This document shows, piece by piece, positions 1 through 6,649 of a DNA stretch of 15,656 nucleotides. How positions within the stretch are numbered: the first letter of the stretch is position 1; each line of letters starts with the position of its first letter. Source of the stretch: Gemmatimonadota bacterium (GTDB lineage: Bacteria > Gemmatimonadota > Gemmatimonadetes > Gemmatimonadales > GWC2-71-9); NCBI GenBank assembly GCA_036679645.1, contig JAZDCY010000088.1, positions 1-15,656 on the forward strand. The letters run 5' to 3'. A program made the position numbers and the translations under genes. Under the pieces are notes generated by a model. The model was not told the DNA's origin. It ran no database searches and worked only from the letters and a program-made list of their open reading frames with translations.

Positions 1-2
1 GG

Positions 3-173
3 TTGCACGGTGAGATCAAGCGGCGCACGAAGGCAGTGGGTGCGTTTCCCGATCGTGCGAGCGCCTTACGGCTCATCACCGCCGTCGCCTTGAAGGTCAC
101 GACGAAATGGAGCGCCCGTCGCTACGTCGATGTGTCGTTGCTCGAGAACAAAGAGTTGGATCAGGCGGCGTGA
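3..173 (+). CDS. IS256-family (Mutator-type DDE) transposase, C-terminal part (5' truncated by window edge)
   Basis: Manual translation from base 3 gives LHGEIKRRTKAVGAFPDRASALRLITAVALKVTTKWSARRYVDVSLLENKELDQAA*. This matches the IS256 C-terminal motif ERLNxEIKRRTxVVGxFPxxxSxLRL. It is absent from the ORF track because the start lies outside the window. Confidence 0.9.
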   Translation: MHGEIKRRTKAVGAFPDRASALRLITAVALKVTTKWSARRYVDVSLLENKELDQAA

Positions 174-199
174 TGATCGAACCGAGGAGCTTCCTCAGC

Positions 200-225
200 T
201 TTTACACAAAAATCGGGACTTGACC
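200..225 (-). repeat. Terminal inverted repeat (right) of the IS256-family element
   Basis: The reverse complement GGTCAAGTCCCGATTTTTGTGTAAAA resembles the IS256 end as I recall it (GATAAAGTCCGTATAATTGTGTAAAA). The partner IR is outside the window. Confidence 0.8.
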
Positions 226-350
226 ATGGGTCATGCTCAAGCTGCTGGACCGTTGTGGTGTCCAGGCGGGGGGGGGGGGGGAGTATCGGGTCCCCGACGA
301 ATCGCGACAGTACGCCCACAGGAAGAGAGCGGGTAGTCTCATCCCGCTAG
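226..350 (+). pseudogene. 3' fragment of a second copy of the AraC-like regulator, cut by IS256
   Basis: Encodes WVMLKLLDRCGVQA, as at 3351 onward. The substitutions (CTG/CTA, GGT/GGC, CAG/CAA) are synonymous in this frame. Confidence 0.7.
268..281 (+). repeat. G14 homopolymer (copy 1)
   Basis: 14 consecutive G counted. Confidence 0.95.
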
Positions 351-365
351 GCCGGTACGCGGCCT
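349..365. terminator. GC-rich hairpin between convergent gene ends (copy 1), possible weak terminator
   Basis: AGGCCG-GTACG-CGGCCT. The stem is identical to 3476-3492 and only the loop differs. There is no strong U tract. Confidence 0.3.
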
Positions 366-371
366 GGTTGG

Positions 372-612
372 TTAGGCTGGTGCCGGCGCGGACGCGCCGG
401 TCAGAATCCGGTTGCCGCCCTCTTCCACCGCAACGAGCGTGCGAATGTCGGGGCCGCCGGCATTCACCATGGGCTCGATCGCGATCGTCATGCCCGGCGA
501 GAGCCTTGGACCCCGACGCGGTTTGCCGTAGTTGGGAATCTGCGGTTCCTCGTGAAAGCTCGTCCCGATCCCATGACCGACGAGCTCGCGCACGACGCTG
601 AAGCCGGTCGCC
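372..612 (-). pseudogene. map: Displaced 3' fragment of methionine aminopeptidase with a 20-codon in-frame deletion
   Basis: [14 protein letters not shown]...GGPDIRTL is identical in protein to intact map. It then jumps to [20 protein letters not shown], lacking SDKWTVVTRDGSLSAHFEHT. Confidence 0.93.
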
Positions 613-623
613 ACGTGCGCTCG

Positions 624-765
624 CTAGAACAGCTGGAATATCGCCACTTCCCACTCGTCGGTGGTAGGATCGATGTACGATACCAGTAGCTGGTCAGAAT
701 CGCTGAGGCTCCACGCCACCGAAGAGAGCCAGACCCGTGAACGCGATGACAATCAATGGACGCAT
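624..765 (-). pseudogene. Collapsed remnant of a secreted-protein gene (signal peptide joined out of frame to a C-terminus)
   Basis: ATG at 765 gives the signal-like MRPLIVIAFTGLALFGG. Another frame continues VAWSLSDSDQLLVSYIDPTTDEWEVAIFQLF* (TAG 624-626), which reads like a beta-strand-rich C-terminus. Confidence 0.5.
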
Positions 766-794
766 GCACTCATTCTCGCAAACTGAGAGGTTGG

Positions 795-844
795 GCCTTC
801 TTCCACTACAACGGTGTGCTCGAAGTGCGCGGACAGGGATCCGT
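795..844 (-). pseudogene. map: 50-bp internal fragment of map (third allele)
   Basis: 46/50 identical to 3544-3593 and encodes (D)GSLSAHFEHTVVVEEG. All 4 differences are synonymous third-position changes. Confidence 0.9.
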
Positions 845-1099
845 AGTCTTGACCAGTCGACGTACGCACCGTGGCGCATTAACGACCGGCATCTTCATCG
901 TAAGGGAGGCGGCGGCATCAACGACCTCGTCTGACGAGCAACGGTTGGCCGTGTACTGTCTAGGCTTCTCGGGTTCACCCGTCTCTGCTGAACGCGGTGC
1001 CCGAGAGGATAGGCCAGGTATCGCGGCGCGGCACGGGATCAGGCAGGATATCTCTGCCGCTGGGTCCCTTAGAGATGCCGCAATGGACGCTCTTGTAGA

Positions 1100-2185
1100 C
1101 TAGCGTATCCCCGCTCCCGTGCGGGGCCACGTTATGCGCACGACCCCAATCCACGGAAACGTGTCGTCGCCTCCACCTGCGATCGCGTAGAGTCCCTTAC
1201 CGAGTGGAGTGACGAGCGCAGGCAGCGGACCCACTACGCTGCTCACCAAGCGGTACGTCGAGTCGAACAGATCTACGACCATTCGGCCGTCCATGAGGTT
1301 TACCTGGTGCAGCAAGCCACCACCTTCGAACTCCTCAATGGCGATCGCTATCGGGTGCGGGCGCGAGGTTATGGTGAGGCGGCCTTCAGCGACGTGGGAC
1401 TGGTAGGCGTCTTCCGCGCTAGGCAGGAAGTCGTTCGGGCGCTCGATCTCGACAAGCAATTCGCCCTCCCGTGAGTATCTCTGGACGAGATACGGCGCGG
1501 GCTGGGTGTACCAGACGCCGCCATCCCTCGCCGGAAACACCCGACCCGATCCAATGCGCCTTCCGATCGTCGGCGACTCAGTTGGGGGGAGTCGTGCGAA
1601 CGACGTAATGTGCGTCCCATCCTCACGGGCGAACACGTGCACCGCTAGCTGCCTCCAGGGATCGACCGACATGATGCCGGACACGTAGACTCGATCCTCC
1701 GTCACCAGCATCCGGCGTGGCGCCACACTAGGTGTTGGGCGGAAGGTCCGAATGAACGTCAAGTCGGCGGCGTACTCCGTGATCCTCCCGAGTCCGGCAT
1801 CGTAGACGAAGACCGCCCCATCGGGCGCAACGGCCAAGAGCACCGGAAGACGGAACTCCCCAGGGCCTTCGCCCTTGCGCCCCACGGAGGTCACGTGCTC
1901 CCCGCTCAGAGTGAACGCCCGGACAGCTGCTTCCTGCCCATCGAGCACGAGGATGCGCCCCAAGCTGTCGAACGCGATCTGCAATATCCACCCGAACACC
2001 AACTCGGGGCGCTGCGAGTCCTCCTCTCCAACAGTCCACAAGGTATCGACGTGCGGCATTCCTGTTGCCGACGGCGCGGTGGGGTCCGTGCGGATCCGGT
2101 GGGGTAACTGCGCCCGCAACGAGAACACCGGGACAAGCGCAGAGATTAGCAGGACATAGAGAAGAGGCGGGGCCGAACTCCGCAT
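1100..2185 (-). CDS. Secreted 6-bladed beta-propeller (NHL-like) protein
   Basis: 361 aa with a hydrophobic signal peptide ending SLRA-Q. Carries the VGRKGEGPGEF motif and repeated blades (IAFDSLGRILVLD, LAVAPDGAVFVYD) typical of this family. Confidence 0.85.
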   Translation of the reverse strand: MRSSAPPLLYVLLISALVPVFSLRAQLPHRIRTDPTAPSATGMPHVDTLWTVGEEDSQRPELVFGWILQIAFDSLGRILVLDGQEAAVRAFTLSGEHVTSVGRKGEGPGEFRLPVLLAVAPDGAVFVYDAGLGRITEYAADLTFIRTFRPTPSVAPRRMLVTEDRVYVSGIMSVDPWRQLAVHVFAREDGTHITSFARLPPTESPTIGRRIGSGRVFPARDGGVWYTQPAPYLVQRYSREGELLVEIERPNDFLPSAEDAYQSHVAEGRLTITSRPHPIAIAIEEFEGGGLLHQVNLMDGRMVVDLFDSTYRLVSSVVGPLPALVTPLGKGLYAIAGGGDDTFPWIGVVRITWPRTGAGIR

Positions 2186-2197
2186 CGTCGTCTCGCG

Positions 2198-2575
2198 CTA
2201 CAATCGAGTCACAGTCCCCGTACCTAGGTGCGGCCGGTCGGCTGGTAGGACGAGGGTGAGGCGCACTTCGGCGATCGCAACAACGCTCGTCTGCCCACAG
2301 GGCACGTATGCGTAGAACTGTTTCCCGTCTGGCGTACTCAATAGCGCTTCGGGAACCCCACCACCTTCGCATAGGTTGATGCTGCAGTAATGCGTTCCCG
2401 CGTTGCAATCCCACCCGTCAGGGCCCAGCACGCACGCGTTTCCGATGATCCGGCCGTTTTGGTCCACAATCGTGTAGCAGGCTTCATCGCAGGTTTGCGC
2501 CTCGAGAAATCTTGGTGACGACGCCATCACGATCCCTAGAAACACCAAGCACAAACACATCGCCGATAGTCTCAT
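2198..2575 (-). CDS. Small secreted cysteine-rich hypothetical protein
   Basis: ATG at 2575 is preceded by the SD AAAGGGAG. 125 aa with a signal peptide ending LEA-Q and 7 Cys in the mature part. Lies 12 bp from the propeller gene, so probably co-transcribed. Confidence 0.75.
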   Translation of the reverse strand: MRLSAMCLCLVFLGIVMASSPRFLEAQTCDEACYTIVDQNGRIIGNACVLGPDGWDCNAGTHYCSINLCEGGGVPEALLSTPDGKQFYAYVPCGQTSVVAIAEVRLTLVLPADRPHLGTGTVTRL

Positions 2576-3058
2576 GGTCTTACTCCCTTTCTGTGAATCG
2601 CCTCTTCTGTGGTAACAGGGTCCGTGCCCCCGAGTACGAAAAACAACGTCTTGTTCCACCTGCACACTATGACCTATGGCGCGAAAGGAGGTGCGCGCGG
2701 TCTCACCCAGCAGCGTTTCGGGATCGAGCGCACCACACGGAGATCCAGGACGACACGCACGTTCATCAGATGCCGCGGGGCGGGATGCAGGGGCGTCCGA
2801 ATAGCAGCACTATTTCGGCGACACCACACTAGAATCTCACGCTCAGGGCAACGCGTGTTCGGCCAGGGTATCGGACTCAATGACGCCCTCCATCGCATTC
2901 ATCAGTTCGAGCTACTCGCCTATGTGCGGGGCAATGGATTCCGCACTATACGTGAAGGGCCAGTTTGGCCGCTATGACCTCTCGCCCGGGGCGGCGCGGA
3001 CCTCTTGCGTCGCACCACGCGCGTGCGTCTCTTATCGGTCCGCGCTACGGGAGGCCAA

Positions 3059-3477
3059 ATGGACACTCTCTGTACAATTCTTACCGCGCTCGTACCTGCC
3101 CGGTCCCCGGAGACCTGTCAGCTAGTGCGGGTGCTCGCGGAGCACGGCGGGGAGTTCGAGGCCGCGGACATGGCGGCGCGGCTCTCGGGCTTCCGCAACC
3201 GACAGCACATGGGGCGCGTCCTACATGCGGAGGGCCTGCCGCAGCTGACCGAACTCGCCGGCTGGCTGCGCGTGTTGCGGTGGGTCTTGGAGGCTGGTCC
3301 GCAAGCTCACGGGCCGCCCATGGTCAGAGGTGAGGCTGCTTGGTGCGGGATGGGTCATGCTCAAGCTACTGGACCGTTGTGGCGTCCAAGCCGCGGGGGG
3401 GGGGGGGGAGTATCGGGTCCCCGACGAATCGCGACAGTACGCCCACAGGAAGAGAGCGGGTAGTCTCATCCCGGTAG
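3059..3477 (+). pseudogene. AraC-like HTH transcriptional regulator, internally deleted and frameshifted
   Basis: SD GGGAGG then ATG at 3059. The N-part reads AARLSGFRNRQHMGRVLHAEGLPQLTELAGWLRVLRWVLEA. At 3290-3295 it switches frame to RLVRKLTGRPWSEVRLLGAGWVMLKLLDRC. The family call comes from recalled motif similarity. The 3' end is uncertain because of the G tract. Confidence 0.55.
3395..3408 (+). repeat. G14 homopolymer (copy 2)
   Basis: 14 consecutive G counted. Confidence 0.95.
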
Positions 3478-3492
3478 GCCGGCACGCGGCCT
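3476..3492. terminator. GC-rich hairpin just downstream of map, possible weak terminator
   Basis: AGGCCG-GCACG-CGGCCT, 6 bp past the map stop codon. No strong U tract. Confidence 0.3.
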
Positions 3493-3498
3493 GGTTGG

Positions 3499-4269
3499 TT
3501 AGGCGGGCGCCGGCGCCGGTGCGGCGGTCAGGATCCGGTTACCGCCTTCTTCCACAACCACGGTATGCTCGAAGTGCGCGGATAGGGATCCGTCGCGCGT
3601 GACGACGGTCCACTTGTCGCTCAGCGTGCGGATGTCGGGACCGCCGGCATTCACCATGGGCTCGATAGCGATCGTCATGCCTGGCGAGAGCCGTGGCCCC
3701 CGGCGCGGCTTGCCGTAGTTGGGGATCTGCGGCTCCTCATGGAAGCTCGTACCGATCCCATGACCGACGAGTTCGCGCACGACGCTGAAACCGGCCGCCT
3801 CCACGACGCGCTGCACGGCGTGTCCGATATCCCCCACATGGTTGCCGGCCTTGGCCTGCGCGAGACCCGCAACGAGGCCTTCCCGCGTCACGCTCATCAG
3901 ACGCTCCGCTTCGTCGCTCACCTCGCCGACTGCAATGGTGACCGCCGAGTCACCGTGCAACCCCTCGATACACACGCCGCAGTCGACAGAGACGATGTCG
4001 CCCTCATGAAGGACCCTTTTTTTCGACGGAATACCGTGTACGATTTCGCGGTTGATGGACGTGCAGAGTGATTTGGGGAAGTCGTACAGCCCCTTGAACG
4101 ACGGGATGGCGCCGGGATGGCTGCGAATGAACTCTTCGGCGAGATCGTCCAACTCCTCCGTGCTCACTTCGTCCCGCACGTTCCGCGCTACCAACGCCAG
4201 CGTCTCGGCGACGATCTGGCCGGCAGCGGCCATCGTCTCGATCTCGCGCGCGGACTTGATCGTGATCAT
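3499..4269 (-). CDS. map: Type I methionine aminopeptidase
   Basis: Motifs CTSINREIVHGIP, DIVSVDCG, HGDSAVT, GHGIG, IAIEPM and SAHFEHT. Canonical position after adk. Confidence 0.98.
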   Translation of the reverse strand: MITIKSAREIETMAAAGQIVAETLALVARNVRDEVSTEELDDLAEEFIRSHPGAIPSFKGLYDFPKSLCTSINREIVHGIPSKKRVLHEGDIVSVDCGVCIEGLHGDSAVTIAVGEVSDEAERLMSVTREGLVAGLAQAKAGNHVGDIGHAVQRVVEAAGFSVVRELVGHGIGTSFHEEPQIPNYGKPRRGPRLSPGMTIAIEPMVNAGGPDIRTLSDKWTVVTRDGSLSAHFEHTVVVEEGGNRILTAAPAPAPA

Positions 4270-4829
4270 TTGCCCAGGGCTTCGCGCACGCGTTTCGCGA
4301 TGTCGTCGATCGCACCCATGCCATCGATCTTCACCACGAGCCCTTTGTCATCGTAGAAGGAGATGAGCGGCGCGGTCTGCTCCTCGTAGACCACGAGGCG
4401 CTTGCGAATGGCCTCCGGCGTGTCGTCCGCCCGACCCTGCTCGGCCGCACGACCCAGTAGTCGCTTTACCAACTCCTCTTCCGATATATCGATCACCGGT
4501 ACCCGGTCCACGCTGCGGCCGCGATCGGCCAGCAACCGGTCCACCGCCTCGGCCTGTGCGATTGTGCGAGGGAATCCATCCATGAGAATGCCGTGCTGCG
4601 CGTCGGGAGATTCCAGCACCTCCTCGATCAATCCGAGCACGATCTCGTCCGGGACGAGGAGCCCCTGCTCCATGTATCCCTTGGCCTGTTGCCCCAGCGG
4701 GGTTGCATCATGCACAGCAGCCCGCAGGAGATCCCCGGTGGACACCTTGGGGATGCCGAGTCGCTCGGCAACGAGTACACCCTGCGTCCCTTTGCCGGAT
4801 CCCGGAGCGCCGAGGAGGATCAGATTCAT
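4266..4829 (-). CDS. adk: Adenylate kinase (short form)
   Basis: MNLILLGAPGSGKGTQ P-loop, STGDLLR, DGFPRT and GRADD. Alternative in-frame GTG start at 4859. Confidence 0.97.
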   Translation of the reverse strand: MNLILLGAPGSGKGTQGVLVAERLGIPKVSTGDLLRAAVHDATPLGQQAKGYMEQGLLVPDEIVLGLIEEVLESPDAQHGILMDGFPRTIAQAEAVDRLLADRGRSVDRVPVIDISEEELVKRLLGRAAEQGRADDTPEAIRKRLVVYEEQTAPLISFYDDKGLVVKIDGMGAIDDIAKRVREALGK

Positions 4830-4833
4830 GGAC

Positions 4834-4856
4834 CGTGCAGCGTGCAGCGTGCAGCG
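4834..4856. repeat. Heptamer tandem repeat (CGTGCAG)x3 + CG in the secY-adk spacer
   Basis: Three perfect copies read directly. Confidence 0.9.
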
Positions 4857-4869
4857 CACCCACTCCTGG

Positions 4870-6180
4870 TCACATATACCGCCTGCGACCTCTGAACTTC
4901 ACGCGTCCCTGTTTCATGAAGTCGTCGTAGTGCCGCAGGTGGAGATGCTGCTGCATCTGGATCCACGTGTCGAGGGCCACGCCCACGATGATGAGAATGG
5001 CCGTTCCGCCAAAAAAGAACGGCACATTGAATGCATTGAAGACCCAGAACGGAAGCAACGCGATCAGAGTCAGGAACAACGCCCCGGGCAAAGTGACCCG
5101 CGACAACACGTCGTCGATGTAGTCGGCCGTGGCCGCTCCCGGTTTCACACCGGGAATGAAGCCGCCCTGCTTCTTGAGGTTCTCGGCGAGATCGACCGGA
5201 TTGAAGATGATCGACGTGTAAAAATACGTGAAGAAGATGATCAGCAACCCATACGAAATGTAGTAGGCCCACGTGTTCGGTGCGAACACATCCGCAAGGC
5301 CGCGCAGAAACGGCACTGTCGTAAAGGCCGCGAGTGTACCTGGCACGATGATCAACGATTGCGCGAAGATGATCGGCATGACCCCGGCGGAGTTGATGCG
5401 GATCGGGATGAAAGTCTTTTGTCCCTCACGAATACGCCCGCGTCCCATCACCTTGCGCGGTATCTGAATGGGAATGCGGCGCGCCGCGACGGTCATCGCG
5501 ATCACGCCCGCAATGACCGCGAGCATCACCGCGCCCAGCAAGACGAGATGGAACGGCTTGATGATGCCCGTCCTCGCGAATCCAATCGTGCGGAAGAACC
5601 CCGGCAACATCCCCTCCGTGATGGAGAAGAAAATCATCAGGCTCATTCCGTTCCCGATACCCCGCTCCGTGATCTGCTCGCCAAGCCACATGATCAAGAC
5701 AGCGCCGGTCGTGAGCGTCAGTACCGTCAGAAGGCGAAATCCGAGACCCGGGCTCAGAACCGCCTGCAGGGACTCGGTGAAGATTGCGAACCCGTAACCC
5801 TGTCCGAGCGCGAGCAGGACCGTGACGTACCTGGTCCACTGCGTGATCTTCTTCCGCCCATCCTCTTCTTTCTGCAGCTTGTCGATGAGCGGAAACACCG
5901 CACCGGCGAGCTGGAAAATGATCGACGCCGAGATGTACGGCATGATACCGAGCGCGAACACCGTGGCGCGCGAGAGCCCGCCTCCAACGAACAGGTCGTA
6001 CACGCCGAAGAGCGTGCCGCCAGCCTGATTGCGCATGAAGTCCGCAAGGACCTGGACATTCACGCCCGGCGTCGCGATGTGGGCACCCGCTCGGTAGATC
6101 GCGAGGACCATCAGCGTGAAGAGGATCTTGTCCTTGAGCTCGGGATCCTTGAACAGATTGGGAATGCGTGGACCGGTCAT
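4870..6180 (-). CDS. secY: Preprotein translocase subunit SecY
   Basis: Motifs FALGIMPYISASII, WLGEQITERGIGNG and GVMPIIFA, with multiple TM segments. Confidence 0.99.
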   Translation of the reverse strand: MTGPRIPNLFKDPELKDKILFTLMVLAIYRAGAHIATPGVNVQVLADFMRNQAGGTLFGVYDLFVGGGLSRATVFALGIMPYISASIIFQLAGAVFPLIDKLQKEEDGRKKITQWTRYVTVLLALGQGYGFAIFTESLQAVLSPGLGFRLLTVLTLTTGAVLIMWLGEQITERGIGNGMSLMIFFSITEGMLPGFFRTIGFARTGIIKPFHLVLLGAVMLAVIAGVIAMTVAARRIPIQIPRKVMGRGRIREGQKTFIPIRINSAGVMPIIFAQSLIIVPGTLAAFTTVPFLRGLADVFAPNTWAYYISYGLLIIFFTYFYTSIIFNPVDLAENLKKQGGFIPGVKPGAATADYIDDVLSRVTLPGALFLTLIALLPFWVFNAFNVPFFFGGTAILIIVGVALDTWIQMQQHLHLRHYDDFMKQGRVKFRGRRRYM

Positions 6181-6183
6181 GAC

Positions 6184-6642
6184 CTAGGCCTCGAAACGGC
6201 CCCCACCGGCCTCGATCTTGGTACGCGCGCTGGCGGAGCTGAGGCACCCACTCACGACATACGCCCGCTCAGCAGTCCCAACGGCCAAGATCTTCACGGG
6301 CAGTCTGGGTCTGCTGACCAATCCCGCCTCGATCAGCGTTCCTGGGTTCACGTCCGTGCCCGGCAAACGCGAGAGATCACGAATGTTGACGACCTGCGCC
6401 TCAACACGTGCCGGATTGTGGAACCCGCGCTTGGGCAACCGACGGATGAGCGGCATCTGCCCGCCCTCGAATCCCGGGCGCACGTTGCCGCTCGCGCGCG
6501 ACCGCTGTCCTTTCTGTCCGCGCCCGGCCGTCTTCCCGAGACCCGAACCCGGACCCCGACCTTTCCGCTTCGGTGTCTTCACTGCGCCCTTGGGACGCGG
6601 GAGATTATGCAGCCCGAGCGCGGGTTTTTTCTCCTCCGCCAT
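6184..6642 (-). CDS. rplO: 50S ribosomal protein L15
   Basis: GRGPGSGLGKTAGRGQKGQRSR and GFEGGQMPL motifs. Confidence 0.98.
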   Translation of the reverse strand: MAEEKKPALGLHNLPRPKGAVKTPKRKGRGPGSGLGKTAGRGQKGQRSRASGNVRPGFEGGQMPLIRRLPKRGFHNPARVEAQVVNIRDLSRLPGTDVNPGTLIEAGLVSRPRLPVKILAVGTAERAYVVSGCLSSASARTKIEAGGGRFEA

Positions 6643-6649
6643 TATGCCT

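Larger units (their letters stand above)
1..225 (+). mobile_element. Right end of an IS256-family insertion sequence
   Basis: The transposase 3' end is followed by a terminal inverted-repeat-like end at 200-225. Homology to 3350 onward begins at base 226, which marks the insertion point. Confidence 0.85.
226..612. repeat. Diverged direct repeat of 3350-3799 (regulator 3' end + G14 + spacer + map 3' end)
   Basis: Direct alignment runs from ATGGGTCATGCTCAAGCT to ...GCTGAAGCCGGTCGCC. There is a 3-bp indel before the G tract and a 60-bp deletion at 434/435. Confidence 0.97.
3350..3799. repeat. Partner copy of the 226-612 direct repeat (includes the functional map 3' end)
   Basis: Direct alignment with 226-612. 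Confidence 0.97.

Noticed and set aside
226..844. Template/variable-repeat pair of a diversity-generating retroelement
   Set aside because: The differences are synonymous and not adenine-specific, and no reverse transcriptase is seen.
928..952. GGCCAAC...GTCAGAC on the minus strand resembling integron attC core sites
   Set aside because: The sites are only 8 bp apart and match RYYYAAC/GTTRRRY imperfectly. There is no integron integrase or repeated attC.
756..1103. 115-aa plus-strand ORF
   Set aside because: It crosses the map scar and remnant junctions and shows no protein-like motifs.
2576..2665. Longer upstream start for the Cys-rich gene; similarly extended starts for rpsE, rplD, rplC and rplP in the ORF track
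   Set aside because: SD position, signal peptide and homolog N-termini favour the downstream ATGs.
2684..2692. Strong SD-like AAAGGAGGT on the plus strand
   Set aside because: No start codon lies at a usable distance, so no peptide gene or type I toxin can be supported.
2797..2970. Short hairpins (CCGAATAG/CTATTTCGG, GTGCGG/CCGCAC, GGCCA/TGGCC) and a short minus-strand peptide LELMNAMEGVIESDTLAEHALP
   Set aside because: No recognisable ncRNA, riboswitch or protein family. They could be chance or remnants in a divergent promoter region.
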